Of a stretch of 64,000 nt of DNA, positions 1-10,200 are shown piece by piece. Source of the DNA: Alphaproteobacteria bacterium (GTDB lineage: Bacteria; Pseudomonadota; Alphaproteobacteria; Bin95); NCBI GenBank assembly GCA_965205265.1, contig CBDBGH010000003.1, forward strand, positions 5,120,001 to 5,184,000. The letters are read 5' to 3'. Position 1 is the stretch's first letter. Every line of letters starts with the position of its first letter. The notes beneath the pieces are model-generated. The model was not told the DNA's origin and searched no databases. It worked only from the letters and a program-made list of their open reading frames with translations. Both the position numbers and the translations under genes were made by a program.

Positions 1-1091
1 AGCGCGCCTGGTATCACTGCGACCGTTGCCACCGCGGCTTCAGCCCGCGTGATCGAACCCTCGGCATGGAAGATACTTTCCTCTCACCGGCGGCGCTGCG
101 CATGATCGGCGTTGCTGCTGCCCGTACCAGCTTCGAGGGCTCCAGCGCCCTGTTGCGCGAACTGGCAGGCCTGGCTGTCGCGCCGAAGACGGTCGAACGC
201 CATGCCGAGGCGCTCGGGCGAGAGATCGCAGGCGACGAATGCCGCGTGATCGAACCCGAGCCGTCCGACGCCCCCACCCTCTATCTCGGCCTCGACGGCA
301 CCGGCGTGCCGGCGCGCAAGACCGAGGTCGAGGGCCGCGCGGGCAAGCAGCCCGACGGCTCCGCCAGCACCCGCGAGGCCAAGCTCGCCGTCGTGTGGTC
401 GGCGGAGACCGTCGACAGGGAGGGGCGTCCGGTGCGCGATCCCGGCTCCGCCACCTACAACGCCGCCATCGAATCCATCGCCACCCGCGAGTTCGACCCC
501 GAGCCCGCGCCCTTCGCCCGGCGTGTCATCCGCGAGGCCGAACGCCGCGGCTTCGACACGGCCGAGCGCCGGGTCATCCTCGGCGACGGCGCGCCGTGGA
601 TCTGGAACTTCGCCGATGAGCACTTCCCCGACGCCATCCAGATCGTCGACATCTTCCATGCCAAGGGCCACCTGTTCGACGCAGCCAAGGCGATCTACGG
701 GATCGGCAGCGAGATCGGTGAGCGATGGGCCGGGAAGCGGCGCGAGGAACTCGACGAGGGCCGCGTCGACGAGGTGATCGCCGCCCTCAAGGGCCATGCC
801 GAAACTTGCGAGAACGCCCGGAAGAACGCCGAGTACTTCTCCAACAACCGCGAGCGCATGAACTACCCGAAGTTCCGCGCGATGGGCTTGTGCGTGGCCA
901 GCGGCGTGGTCGAGGGCGGCTGCAAGAACATCGTCGGCGCCCGCCTCAAGCAGGGAGGTATGCGCTGGACCGTCAACGGCGCCAACGCCATCATCGCCCT
1001 GCGCTGCGCCGTCGAGAGCAATCGCTTCGACGACTTCTGGGAACGACGAGCCGGCGCAATACCATGAATCTCACAAATACGACGTGCACCC
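1..1091 (+). mobile_element. ISKra4-like (UPF0236) insertion sequence, copy 1, left end outside the window
   Basis: Near-identical inverted copy of 5493-7307; ends in the terminal repeat GACGTGCACCC at 1081-1091. Confidence 0.88.
66..1067 (+). CDS. ISKra4-family DDE transposase (5' part outside window)
   Basis: LGLDGTG, ILGDGAPWIW, DIFH and SGVVEGGCK...RLKQGGMRW motifs. Confidence 0.88.
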   Translation: MEDTFLSPAALRMIGVAAARTSFEGSSALLRELAGLAVAPKTVERHAEALGREIAGDECRVIEPEPSDAPTLYLGLDGTGVPARKTEVEGRAGKQPDGSASTREAKLAVVWSAETVDREGRPVRDPGSATYNAAIESIATREFDPEPAPFARRVIREAERRGFDTAERRVILGDGAPWIWNFADEHFPDAIQIVDIFHAKGHLFDAAKAIYGIGSEIGERWAGKRREELDEGRVDEVIAALKGHAETCENARKNAEYFSNNRERMNYPKFRAMGLCVASGVVEGGCKNIVGARLKQGGMRWTVNGANAIIALRCAVESNRFDDFWERRAGAIP

Positions 1092-1162
1092 GCTTTAAAT
1101 GCCCGGTTCCTGCCCTCACATCGTTTTGGCCTGTTCCACCCGCAGCGAATTGCAGACCTCCA

Positions 1163-1270
1163 TGAACGAAGGGGCGGTATCCGCCGCAGCGGTTATTCTG
1201 GAGATCCGCCGCCGGTCCGGTCTTGCATGGGGGAGCTCGCCAAGCTGTTCGATGTCCCGCAACAGAGCAC
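1163..1270 (+). pseudogene. Frameshifted XRE-type HTH remnant
   Basis: AVILEIRRRSGLAW continues as GELAKLFDV in another frame across a G-run near 1229-1234. Confidence 0.4.
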
Positions 1271-1726
1271 CCGGCGCCGGACGGGTTCCCAAGGCTGCTG
1301 TCTAGCCCCGCTGGCCCTGGCGGCGCGAGAAAATCCTCGTACTCGACCTGCGAATACAGCCGCCAGAGAGGCGGCCATGCCGACGTCGCGGTATCCGGGT
1401 TCGCTGGTGCCGGTGACTGTTGGAGCACGCGGGCTACGCGAAGGCCCGCGCCGGAGCGCGGGCCTCGGAAAGAGGGCAAGCCGCCCAAACGGCTTGCGTC
1501 TCAGGAACGAGAATAATCGGACCTGACCCGAAACGCCAATGGATCCGTCCGCAAAGGGGCCATCCGGCACCGCGTGAGGAACACGCCTGCGAGCAGGGCT
1601 GGGGGATACAGGGAAGCCCGGGCCGTCGGCCATCAGGCCATGGTCCTGGTCCTGGACCGGCCTTCCGCGATCCTGTCGTGGCAGCTATACCTCCTGTCCC
1701 GCGCGGCGCTCAAGCGGAGGTGACAG

Positions 1727-2143
1727 ATGGCCGGGTCGGCCGATCGGGAGATCGAGCGGGACAATGCCGGGTTGCGTGCGCACTACCTTCGCGACACGAA
1801 GACCTGGACGGCGTCCGACATCATCCACGAATGCATGCTCGGGAAACAAGGGGCAAACCCGAGCGAACCGGCGTTACGCTGGATGCGCGAGGGACGGGTG
1901 TTCGCCGTCGATGCCGGCCATGGGCGGCTGTATCCGAGCTTCCAGTTTGAGAACGGCAGGCCGCGCCCCCTCATCGCGGAGGTGCTGAAGCGGCTGCCGG
2001 ACGACATGACGCCGTGGCAGATCGCATTCTGGTTCCGGTCAGGCAATGGCTGGCTTGACGGGAGATCCCCGGAAGAAGCGCTGGAGGACAGGGAAGGTGT
2101 TCTGAAGGCGGCGGACCGCCTGCGCGAAACGGCCATCGGCTGA
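1727..2143 (+). CDS. MbcA/ParS/Xre-like antitoxin; no intact RES toxin downstream
   Basis: YPSFQF...WQIAFWFRSGNGWLDGRSP motif; GGAGG RBS. Confidence 0.65.
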   Translation: MAGSADREIERDNAGLRAHYLRDTKTWTASDIIHECMLGKQGANPSEPALRWMREGRVFAVDAGHGRLYPSFQFENGRPRPLIAEVLKRLPDDMTPWQIAFWFRSGNGWLDGRSPEEALEDREGVLKAADRLRETAIG

Positions 2144-2521
2144 GACGGGCAGGCGGTCCGCCGCCTTCAGCTTTCGGGCCCTCGGACGTGGATATGGCCA
2201 CCGTGAGGTGGCCATAGGGTCCGCTGCTCATCAAGAGGTCAGCAATCCAGAGTTTCTGCCGACACAATGGCAACGAACCCTGGCAGCGTCAATCGGTGTC
2301 GCGCTGGGTGTCCGCTTCTGGAAGCTGCAGCGAATGCCCTGGGACGGGAAACAAGGATTTCAAAAAGCGAACCCCGGGCGCATGCAGGAGCAGAGGCGGA
2401 CCCGGGGGGTTACATGACAGAAGGTTGTTCACTCGATGGCGGATGTCAACGCCTTCCATTCTGCCGGTACCGTGGGACCATCTTGGATAGACCTGGGTTA
2501 AATGCGGAGTAGAATCGCTCC

Positions 2522-3178
2522 ATGCTGAATGCAGGTTTCTCTTCGCCATTGTCTGCGCCCAGGCGGCCTGGTGGTTTGGGGCGGCGCGACGAATATGCAC
2601 AATTGAACCCGGAAAGGGAAATCCTGGACAAGTTCCGGCGCGGCCAGGAACGCTATGCGTTTCGACAGAAGCAATCGCTCCTTCCCGACCGTCGAATGGG
2701 CTCGGCCGCTGGAATCGGCCTTGAGGCCAGGCAGTGGCCGGAGACGGCGGATATCCGCGCGCGGCAACTGCTTCGTCCCGGTGGTTTCCGGTTCGCCGGG
2801 CGCGCGCGCCGGAAGACATGGTTGAACGATGCATTGGCGCAGCTTGCAGACTGTCCGGAAGCTGCTGTCGAGGAGGGGTTGGACGAGCCCTCGAAAATTG
2901 GACTGGAGAAGGCAGGCGCGGTGCTCAGGGCCGTATCGGGATTCGTAGAGGAACCGCCGGACATATATCCAATGGAGGCGGGCGGCATTGTGATCGATCT
3001 ACGGGGTCCCGATTCACCAAGCAGCGTCCTGATGGTGGTGGAGAGCGGCGGGGCCGGAGCGATGTTTTATCGGGCAAGCGGAAAGAAGGGGCGAGCGCGC
3101 GTCGATGACGCAGCGTGTCTGCCAGACCTTCTGAAGGCGCTTGGGTTGTCAACGACGAAGGCGGTGGGAAATCTATAG
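2522..3178 (+). CDS. Hypothetical protein
   Basis: 218-aa ORF with plausible globular composition. Confidence 0.55.
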   Translation: MLNAGFSSPLSAPRRPGGLGRRDEYAQLNPEREILDKFRRGQERYAFRQKQSLLPDRRMGSAAGIGLEARQWPETADIRARQLLRPGGFRFAGRARRKTWLNDALAQLADCPEAAVEEGLDEPSKIGLEKAGAVLRAVSGFVEEPPDIYPMEAGGIVIDLRGPDSPSSVLMVVESGGAGAMFYRASGKKGRARVDDAACLPDLLKALGLSTTKAVGNL

Positions 3179-3182
3179 TGAC

Positions 3183-3300
3183 CGGGCCCAAGTCTCGCAG
3201 TAAGGCGGCGATGAGCTGTGGGCCGCCGTCCTTGAGCGCCGCTTCCAGGTATGCGGCCATCTCTTCCGGCGTGCGGAGATGTTCGACGACGTCGTAGGGA
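3183..3300 (-). pseudogene. Fragment of HI1420-family addiction-module antidote protein
   Basis: Reads PYDVVEHLRTPEEMAAYLEAALKDGGPQLIAALLRDLG; lacks a start codon and the C-terminal HTH; abuts the degenerate CRISPR repeat. Confidence 0.6.
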
Positions 3301-3309
3301 ACGCCGCGG

Positions 3310-4071
3310 CTGACGGTGATTTGTCCCTTCTCGATTTGCTACATTAAGCCGGAGATCGCTGCGAGCGGGGCGCGGGCTGCGGATTGCGGCTCCTTCTCGA
3401 TTTGCTACATTCGACGGCATAGCCGGGCCCGAGTACAGGCTGCTGCGGATTGCGGCTCCTTCTCGATTTGCTACATTCTGCTGGCGGAAGCCCGGACCGC
3501 AATGGTCGCTGCGGATTGCGGCTCCTTCTCGATTTGCTACATTGAGCCGCGCCGGCGTGGCGCGCCGGCGGCGGCTGCGGATTGCGGCTCCTTCTCGATT
3601 TGCTACATTGCAGGGATCCCTCTTTCCGACCAGCGGCCAGCTGCGGATTGCGGCTCCTTCTCGATTTGCTACATTCGCCGCCCGCTCGGTTTCCTCGATA
3701 GTCGAGCTGCGGATTGCGGCTCCTTCTCGATTTGCTACATTGCGGGCCCACAGGCTACCCACGGCCCGTTAGCTGCGGATTGCGGCTCCTTCTCGATTTG
3801 CTACATTGTCGCTGGTTGAGGCTGCGAAGCAACTTGGGCTGCGGATTGCGGCTCCTTCTCGATTTGCTACATTGCCGCCGTCCGGAACGCCGCGAACGCG
3901 CCGGCTGCGGATTGCGGCTCCTTCTCGATTTGCTACATTCTGCTGGCGGAAGCCCGGACCGCAATGGTCGCTGCGGATTGCGGCTCCTTCTCGATTTGCT
4001 ACATTGGAGCCGGTGGTCGCGAACACGGCGGTAGCGCTGCGGATTGCGGCTCCTTCTCGATTTGCTACATT
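3310..4071 (+). CRISPR. Type II-C array: 11 perfect 36-bp repeats GCTGCGGATTGCGGCTCCTTCTCGATTTGCTACATT, one degenerate terminal repeat (3310-3345) and 11 spacers of 30 bp
   Basis: Exact 66-bp period from 3376 to 4071. Strand inferred from the repeat-embedded extended -10 (TGCTACATT) and tracrRNA complementarity. Confidence 0.98.
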
Positions 4072-4120
4072 TCCCCCGGCGCAGGGCGTTGAAAATGCGC
4101 CACTTTCCTCCGCCCGCCGA

Positions 4121-4510
4121 TTAGAAAAACTCCAGCTGGGCGGGCGGATTCGGCGGGGCCTGCCGGGTTTTTCCAACATGGACCTCGATGCGGCCGAACT
4201 GCCTGTCGGTAATGGTCAGGAACCGGACCTCCCCTGCTGCCGGGACGCAACGGCCCATGCGGGCGACATGCACCTTGGCATTCTCGATGGACGCGCAATG
4301 CCGAATATAGACGGAATACTGCATCATCGTGAAACCGTCGGAAAGCAGGTCCTTGCGAAAGCGGGCATAGGCTTTGCGCGCTTTGGGCGTGTCGGTCGGA
4401 AGGTCGAACATCGCAATGACCCACATGGTGCGCCACCCCCACGGAAGGACCTTGACGCCGCCTCCTTCGCCGACATCCGCCGCCGGGGACTCAGCAGGCT
4501 TCAGCTGCAT
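4121..4510 (-). CDS. cas2: CRISPR-associated endoribonuclease Cas2 (true start probably further downstream)
   Basis: MWVIAMFDLPT...FRKDLLSDGFTMMQYSVY...VRFLTITDRQF. Confidence 0.95.
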   Translation of the reverse strand: MQLKPAESPAADVGEGGGVKVLPWGWRTMWVIAMFDLPTDTPKARKAYARFRKDLLSDGFTMMQYSVYIRHCASIENAKVHVARMGRCVPAAGEVRFLTITDRQFGRIEVHVGKTRQAPPNPPAQLEFF

Positions 4511-5426
4511 CGACGAGGTCCGGCACGACCGGCAGGCCCTCGGGCAGCGACAATGTCCGGTCGCCGCCGGTCAGGGCCCGGCAGAGCGAGGCCGCGCTCG
4601 TATGCAGGGCGAGCAGCAGCGGTTCCCGGCGTCCGCCGACCAGAATAGTTTCGTTGAGCAGCGAGAGGAGCGCCGCGCGGGTCTCCCGCTGCGAAAGCTC
4701 CGGTGCCGCCCCGCTGCCTTCGCCGGCCAGAAGACGGACCCGCCAATCGACATAGGGCCGGTAGGGCTCCAGAAGGTCGTCGGCGAGGCAGAACGGGTTG
4801 GCCCGGTGCCTGTGGTGGACGCCGAGCGACGGAATGAGGCCGGCGGCAACGATGGCGCGCGCCACCGCCGCCCGCACGACCGCATAGCCGTAGTTCAGCA
4901 GCGCGTTCACGCCCTCGGCGCTCCGGTCGCGGCGAAAATCCCTGCCGAACAGGCGCGGCCAGTAGCGCTGCGCCGCCTGCGCTTCCAGATTGTCCGAGTC
5001 TCCGGACCTTACCCGCCGCGCCATCGGCTCCAGCCCGCCATGCCCGCCCGTGAAGTGAGAAAGCACGGCGGCCTGCTGGCCGATCTTGGCCTGCACAATG
5101 GCTTGCCACGCCCGCTTGCGCACCGGCTCGTTCGCTGCAACTTGGGCGCGGTGCCGCTCCGTCTGCACATGATGGGCGTCCAGCGGCAGCATCATCCCCG
5201 TCGGCAGGTGGTCGCGCCCGGTCACCATCACGGTTGCACCGGCTTCCAGCAGCTCCAGGAACACGGCCTGCGTATAGGTTGCGCGGGCGTCGTCCACGAT
5301 CACCACGCCCAGATCCTCGACCGGCAATGTTGCCTTCGGCATGTCCGGCCGCTCCACCACAAGCTGGCGAAGTTTGACCGAAAGCCGCGTGCCCGGCGTC
5401 GAGAATTCGACCGTCTTGCGGATCAT
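4491..5426 (-). CDS. cas1: Type II CRISPR-associated endonuclease Cas1
   Basis: NLEAQAAQRYW, NALLNYGYAVVRA, LGVHH and FCLADDLLEPYRP motifs. Confidence 0.97.
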   Translation of the reverse strand: MIRKTVEFSTPGTRLSVKLRQLVVERPDMPKATLPVEDLGVVIVDDARATYTQAVFLELLEAGATVMVTGRDHLPTGMMLPLDAHHVQTERHRAQVAANEPVRKRAWQAIVQAKIGQQAAVLSHFTGGHGGLEPMARRVRSGDSDNLEAQAAQRYWPRLFGRDFRRDRSAEGVNALLNYGYAVVRAAVARAIVAAGLIPSLGVHHRHRANPFCLADDLLEPYRPYVDWRVRLLAGEGSGAAPELSQRETRAALLSLLNETILVGGRREPLLLALHTSAASLCRALTGGDRTLSLPEGLPVVPDLVDAAEAC

Positions 5427-5438
5427 GGGCGAAGGGGG

Positions 5439-5483
5439 TCAGTCATTCGCTGGGCGGATGCGGCCGATGGGGTCCACGGCGAG
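5439..5483 (-). pseudogene. cas9: Detached last 14 codons and stop of cas9 (LAVDPIGRIRPAND*)
   Basis: In frame with cas9 once the IS and one TSD copy are removed; matches the VDPIG..PAND terminus typical of II-C Cas9. Confidence 0.92.
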
Positions 5484-5516
5484 TTTCTTGGGGGGTGCAC
5501 GTCGCATTTGTGAGAT

Positions 5517-6899
5517 TCATGGTATTGCGCCGGCTCGTCGTTCCCAGAAGTCGTCGAAGCGATTGCTCTCGACGGCGCAGCGCAGGGCGATGATGGCGTT
5601 GGCGCCGTTGACGGTCCAGCGCATGCCTCCCTGCTTGAGGCGGGCGCCGACGATGTTCTTGCAGCCGCCCTCGACCACGCCGCTGGCCACGCACAAGCCC
5701 ATCGCGCGGAACTTCGGGTAGTTCATGCGCTCGCGGTTGTTGGTGAAATACTCGGCGTTCTTGCGGGCGTTCTCGCAAGTTTCGGCATGGCCCTTGAGGG
5801 CGGCGATCACCTCGTCGACGCGGCCCTCGTCGAGTTCCTCGCGCCGCTTCCCGGCCCATCGCTCACCGATCTCGCTGCCGGTCCCGTAGATCGCCTTGGC
5901 TGCGTCGAACAGGTGGCCCTTGGCATGGAAGATGTCGACGATCTGGATGGCGTCGGGGAAGTGCTCATCGGCGAAGTTCCAGATCCACGGCGCGCCGTCG
6001 CCGAGGATGACCCGGCGCTCGGCCGTGTCGAAGCCGCGGCGTTCGGCCTCGCGGATGACACGCCGGGCGAAGGGCGCGGGCTCGGGGTCGAACTCGCGGG
6101 TGGCGATGGATTCGATGGCGGCGTTGTAGGTGGCGGAGCCGGGGTCGCGCACCGGACGCCCCTCCCTGTCGACGGTCTCCGCCGACCACACGACGGCGAG
6201 CTTGGCCTCGCGGGTGCTGGCGGAGCCGTCGGGCTGCTTGCCCGCGCGGCCCTCGACCTCGGTCTTGCGCGCCGGCACGCCGGTGCCGTCGAGGCCGAGA
6301 TAGAGGGTGGGGGCGTCGGACGGCTCGGGTTCGATCACGCGGCATTCGTCGCCTGCGATCTCTCGCCCGAGCGCCTCGGCATGGCGTTCGACCGTCTTCG
6401 GCGCGACAGCCAGGCCTGCCAGTTCGCGCAACAGGGCGCTGGAGCCCTCGAAGCTGGTACGGGCAGCAGCAACGCCGATCATGCGCAGCGCCGCCGGTGA
6501 GAGGAAAGTATCTTGCATGCCGAGGGTTCGATCACGCGGGCTGAAGCCGCGGTGGCAACGGTCGCAGTGATACCAGGCGCGCTCCAGCGTCAGAGGGCCG
6601 AGAGCGGTGGTGAAGGTCTTGGGCCGGCGGCCGGCGAAGCGCGCCTCGCCGCCGCACGCACACGACAGCCACGGTCCCCGGTTGTCGGAACGGTCGGCAT
6701 TGAGCCTGTGGGCGACGGCCTGCCCCATGATCTGCAACGCAACCCGCCGCGCTTCGATCTCGATCGCCTGGAAGTCATCGACGACGCCCGCGCCGATCAG
6801 CCACTCGACCTCGGCCTCGACCTCCTCCGCGATCGCTGCGTCGAGACCCCCCTTTTTCCCGGCGCGGCCGGCTTGTCCGCGTCCAGCCTGGCATCGCAT
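5517..6899 (-). CDS. ISKra4-family transposase (OrfB part)
   Basis: Zn-finger CACGG/CDRC plus the same DDE motifs as copy 1. Confidence 0.9.
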   Translation of the reverse strand: MRCQAGRGQAGRAGKKGGLDAAIAEEVEAEVEWLIGAGVVDDFQAIEIEARRVALQIMGQAVAHRLNADRSDNRGPWLSCACGGEARFAGRRPKTFTTALGPLTLERAWYHCDRCHRGFSPRDRTLGMQDTFLSPAALRMIGVAAARTSFEGSSALLRELAGLAVAPKTVERHAEALGREIAGDECRVIEPEPSDAPTLYLGLDGTGVPARKTEVEGRAGKQPDGSASTREAKLAVVWSAETVDREGRPVRDPGSATYNAAIESIATREFDPEPAPFARRVIREAERRGFDTAERRVILGDGAPWIWNFADEHFPDAIQIVDIFHAKGHLFDAAKAIYGTGSEIGERWAGKRREELDEGRVDEVIAALKGHAETCENARKNAEYFTNNRERMNYPKFRAMGLCVASGVVEGGCKNIVGARLKQGGMRWTVNGANAIIALRCAVESNRFDDFWERRAGAIP

Positions 6900-7217
6900 A
6901 TCCGGCCGCTGACCTCGACAAGCGCGCGCACCAGACCGCGAAGCCGCTGGTATTCCGCGATCTGCGCCCGCGTTCCCTCAATGGCGTCGGCGGGAACGGT
7001 GCGGCCGCGGGACTTCCCTGTCTCCCTGTCCGGCCAAGTCAACAACCAGTAGGGGCCATGCCCCTGCGCCCCCTCGACCGCGCAATGGCAGTTCGGTTTG
7101 CCGCACTTGCGGTACTGTGCCCTGAGCGAACCCTGACGGAGGTCGCCGATGCCCGCAATCTCCCGCAGCAGCTCGCCACGCTGTTCGACGAGGCCGTCGT
7201 GATCGGTCCTGGCCATG
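6797..7217 (-). CDS. IS upstream ORF (DUF6788-like), probably fused to the transposase by -1 frameshift; start approximate
   Basis: GSL....RKCGKPNCHC...HGPY motif; slippery G-GGA-AAA at 6860-6854 in the overlap. Confidence 0.7.
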
Positions 7218-7292
7218 TCCGCCTCCATCTGCCCCCCGAATATAAGAAACAGATATCGTGGCGAAACCATGGCATTTCTCAACCTCGCAAAA

Positions 7293-10200
7293 TCAGGACG
7301 TGCACCCTTTCTTGGGAGACCTATTCATGAACCCGCCAAAGCGAGGCTCGAAATTTTCTCGCTTGCCATCCATTTGCAGCCTACTCGCCTCAGTTGCAGT
7401 TGTAGGACGTGCGTCAGTGACTCTTGCAAGCACTGGGCGGCCCGAAGACTTGATGCCATGAACCACCCATATTCCTGACTCTTCTCCTCCCTGTAATTCA
7501 ACGGTGTCCCCCGGTGCGAGCGACATAATAAAGGTCGAATTGTCTCCCCGGTCCCGCTGCACTACCGCTAATCCCTTTGCTAAGCGTTGTAATGCTTCGA
7601 TGAGACTGACCACTTGTCGATCCGGGCGGCCATTGGACTTGCGGTAAATCGCCATATGGTGGTTGTTCGCTCGATCGGCATAGCCTGTGGAGGCCGGTGC
7701 CATAAGGTCAATCTGTTGCTTTTTTCTCACGCGTACTTTCCGGATTTCTGGTCCTTTTCGTCCCCGCTTCGGGTAGCCATTGATAAATGCTCTTTTTGGA
7801 TTGCCACCATGATCTGTTATCCACTTGTGAACAATCTCTTGCACGCCGTTATCCACTATATCGATTACCCTTGACCCGTTGGATTGCTCGTTTTCGGACA
7901 TCGTCAAGTCTTCGACCTTCTTGCGGGTAACGAAATGACGATAGATTGTGCCGTCTTTCCCCGTTTCATCCACTCGCGTATCGCCGTAGATCGTCTCCTT
8001 GTGCAGAGGGCCCGAGATTTTCTTGCGGACACGGTGGGAGACGACGATTTCCGCGACCGCGCGTTCTGCATCGGCGCGGATCGAGGGCCAGGGTTGCGGG
8101 AGCGGTGGTGGGTCCGGGACGTGGCGCTCGTCCTCGGCCTGCCAATAGCGGGAGAGCCGGTTCGTCATGCCGGAATGAGCGCAGGCCACAACCAGCGCAT
8201 CAACCGCATGGTGGCGGTGGTCCGCGCGGGTTTTCTCGCCGTCGTCGGAGAGGATGTTGTTCAACCCCCAGAGCCGGCGGAGATGCCCGGTTACGCGCCC
8301 GGTCACCGCCTGCACGGTCACCGGCGCTTCCGGCCCGACATCCGGCCACAGCCGTTTCAGGAAGGCGACGGTCTCGCGCGCCGCATATCCGGTGTCGTTC
8401 AACTGTCGGTCGGCGAAACCCTCCGGGATTTCCCTGGCCGCAAACCGCCTGATCTTGCGCGGCGACATACCGGTCTTCCCCATGCCATCCAGCCGCTCAA
8501 GAACAGCCGACCAGCGGTCGACATCCTCGTGCAGATATTCGTAGGGCGTCCGGTTCCCCTTCTTCTCGTTCTCATCCACCCGGCAGAGAGTCTTGTTCCC
8601 GTAGCTGTTGTCGAGAGAACGGGACCTCGGCCATATGTGCTCGACATCGAAGCGCCGGGACCGACCGAACAGGTCGTCGAAGCAGATAAGGTCTCCCGTA
8701 TAGGGGCACTGCTTTCCGCACTCCTGCCAAAGAAGCCACTTTTCGATGTCGCGGCGCGAAGGATTGATAAGCCCGTTTTCCTCAAGGTGCGCCTTCGCCT
8801 TCCTGCGTTGCCCGTCCTGCCGGCGGATCGCTGCGCTGTATTCCTCCCGGTCGCGCTTCGACCGGCCGACATCGCGCGTAAGCTCCACCCGGATCAGGTC
8901 CGGCTTGCCGAACATGCCGATCAGATTGTTCACCACCTTGCGCAACTCGTTGCGGGTCCGCGCTACAGTCGGGTTTCGCAGGGCTGCAGTGCGTTTCCCT
9001 TCCTCCGGGTCCGCCGGGCTGGGCAGCCGGTCCAGCACTTCCCCGGTCGGTCCTTCCCGGTTTGGGAACGTCCTGTTCCGCCAAGCCACCCATTCGGGTT
9101 CGAGACTGTTGAGGAGGGCGCCGAAGCGCACCCCCTCTTCCAGACGCGGCAGCACGGCTTGCAGGGCCTCGACCGAGAACGGCTCCCAACCCGTCGGCAG
9201 CTTGAGCGCCGCCAAATTGCGAGCCTGCGCTTCTGTGACGCCGAAATCGCGGATGAACTCTTGCGTCGCAGCCTCGCGGTCGTCCCTGCGCTCCCTGGCA
9301 GGCCGGATTACCACCCGGTCTCCGATTTCGCCGTAATCGGCATTTCTTAATCTGGCAGGGACATTGTCACGGATAGCCTGCCGGTGCGGATGGCTGTTCC
9401 ACTCGTCGCCGAAAATGCCCTTTAGCTTCGCCTCGACCGCGTTGCCGAGCAGGTTCCTGTCGCCGCCGACTTCCAGATTGAAACGCAGGCGTTTTTCCGC
9501 TCCCGGTTCGCCGCGCTTCTTGAAGAGCGGCGCGAGAGCACGGCGCACACCGGGCCATGTCATCGACGCCTGGGTTTGCAAGCGACCGAGAATCGCGGCG
9601 CGTTCGTCGGTGTCGAGAGGACGGCTGTTACCGCCGGCAATTTCGAGATTGTTGACCTTCTCCAGCATGCGCCGCTGCTGTGAAAGCCATGACCCTTTGG
9701 GGCAAAGCGTTGCGCCCGGCATCAGGCGGCATTCGCCGAGTGTGTTCTTGCGCCAGAACACGGGTCGTTGGGCGAACATCGCCTCCTGCACGGCGTTTTT
9801 CAATCCCGCTTCCCGCAGAACAGGCAGATGTTTTTGTTGCCCGGTCCAAATTGCATCGAATTCGTCTTCCACGATTCTCCGGGTTGCATGCTCGCCGCGT
9901 TTACGCTCGTGCTGGCCCCGTTCGGCCAGCCATGCCCCAAGCGTCCGGCCGGTCTGCTTCAACGCCTGTTCGGTTTTTCCCCGGCCCGTTCTCGCCTTCT
10001 TTTCGTCTGCGTCTTCGTCGTCCGGCGCTGCATCGTCGGAAACCTCTTCGATATCCCGCCCCTTGAAGTGCCGACGCTGCGCCAGATGGTAGAGCGCCCG
10101 GCCCAATTCGTGCGCCGCTAAAGCCTCGCCATCCACAGCCCTGCGGCGCAACTCATAAGGGTCGGTGCCGTCCATAAGGCATCGCCACGCATCGGAGCCG

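Larger units (their letters stand above)
5493..7307 (-). mobile_element. Complete ISKra4-like IS (1815 bp), copy 2, inserted in the 3' end of cas9
   Basis: TIRs GGGTGCACGTC (5493) and GACGTGCACCC (to 7307); 9-bp TSD TTTCTTGGG at 5484-5492 and 7308-7316. Confidence 0.95.

Noticed and set aside
3346-4035. Self-targeting spacers within the window
   Set aside because: None spotted by eye; an alignment is needed, so no claim is made.
3067-4179. Repetitive ORFs (NVANREGAAIRS, CSKSRRSRNPQ and similar)
   Set aside because: Translations of the 66-bp CRISPR period, not proteins.
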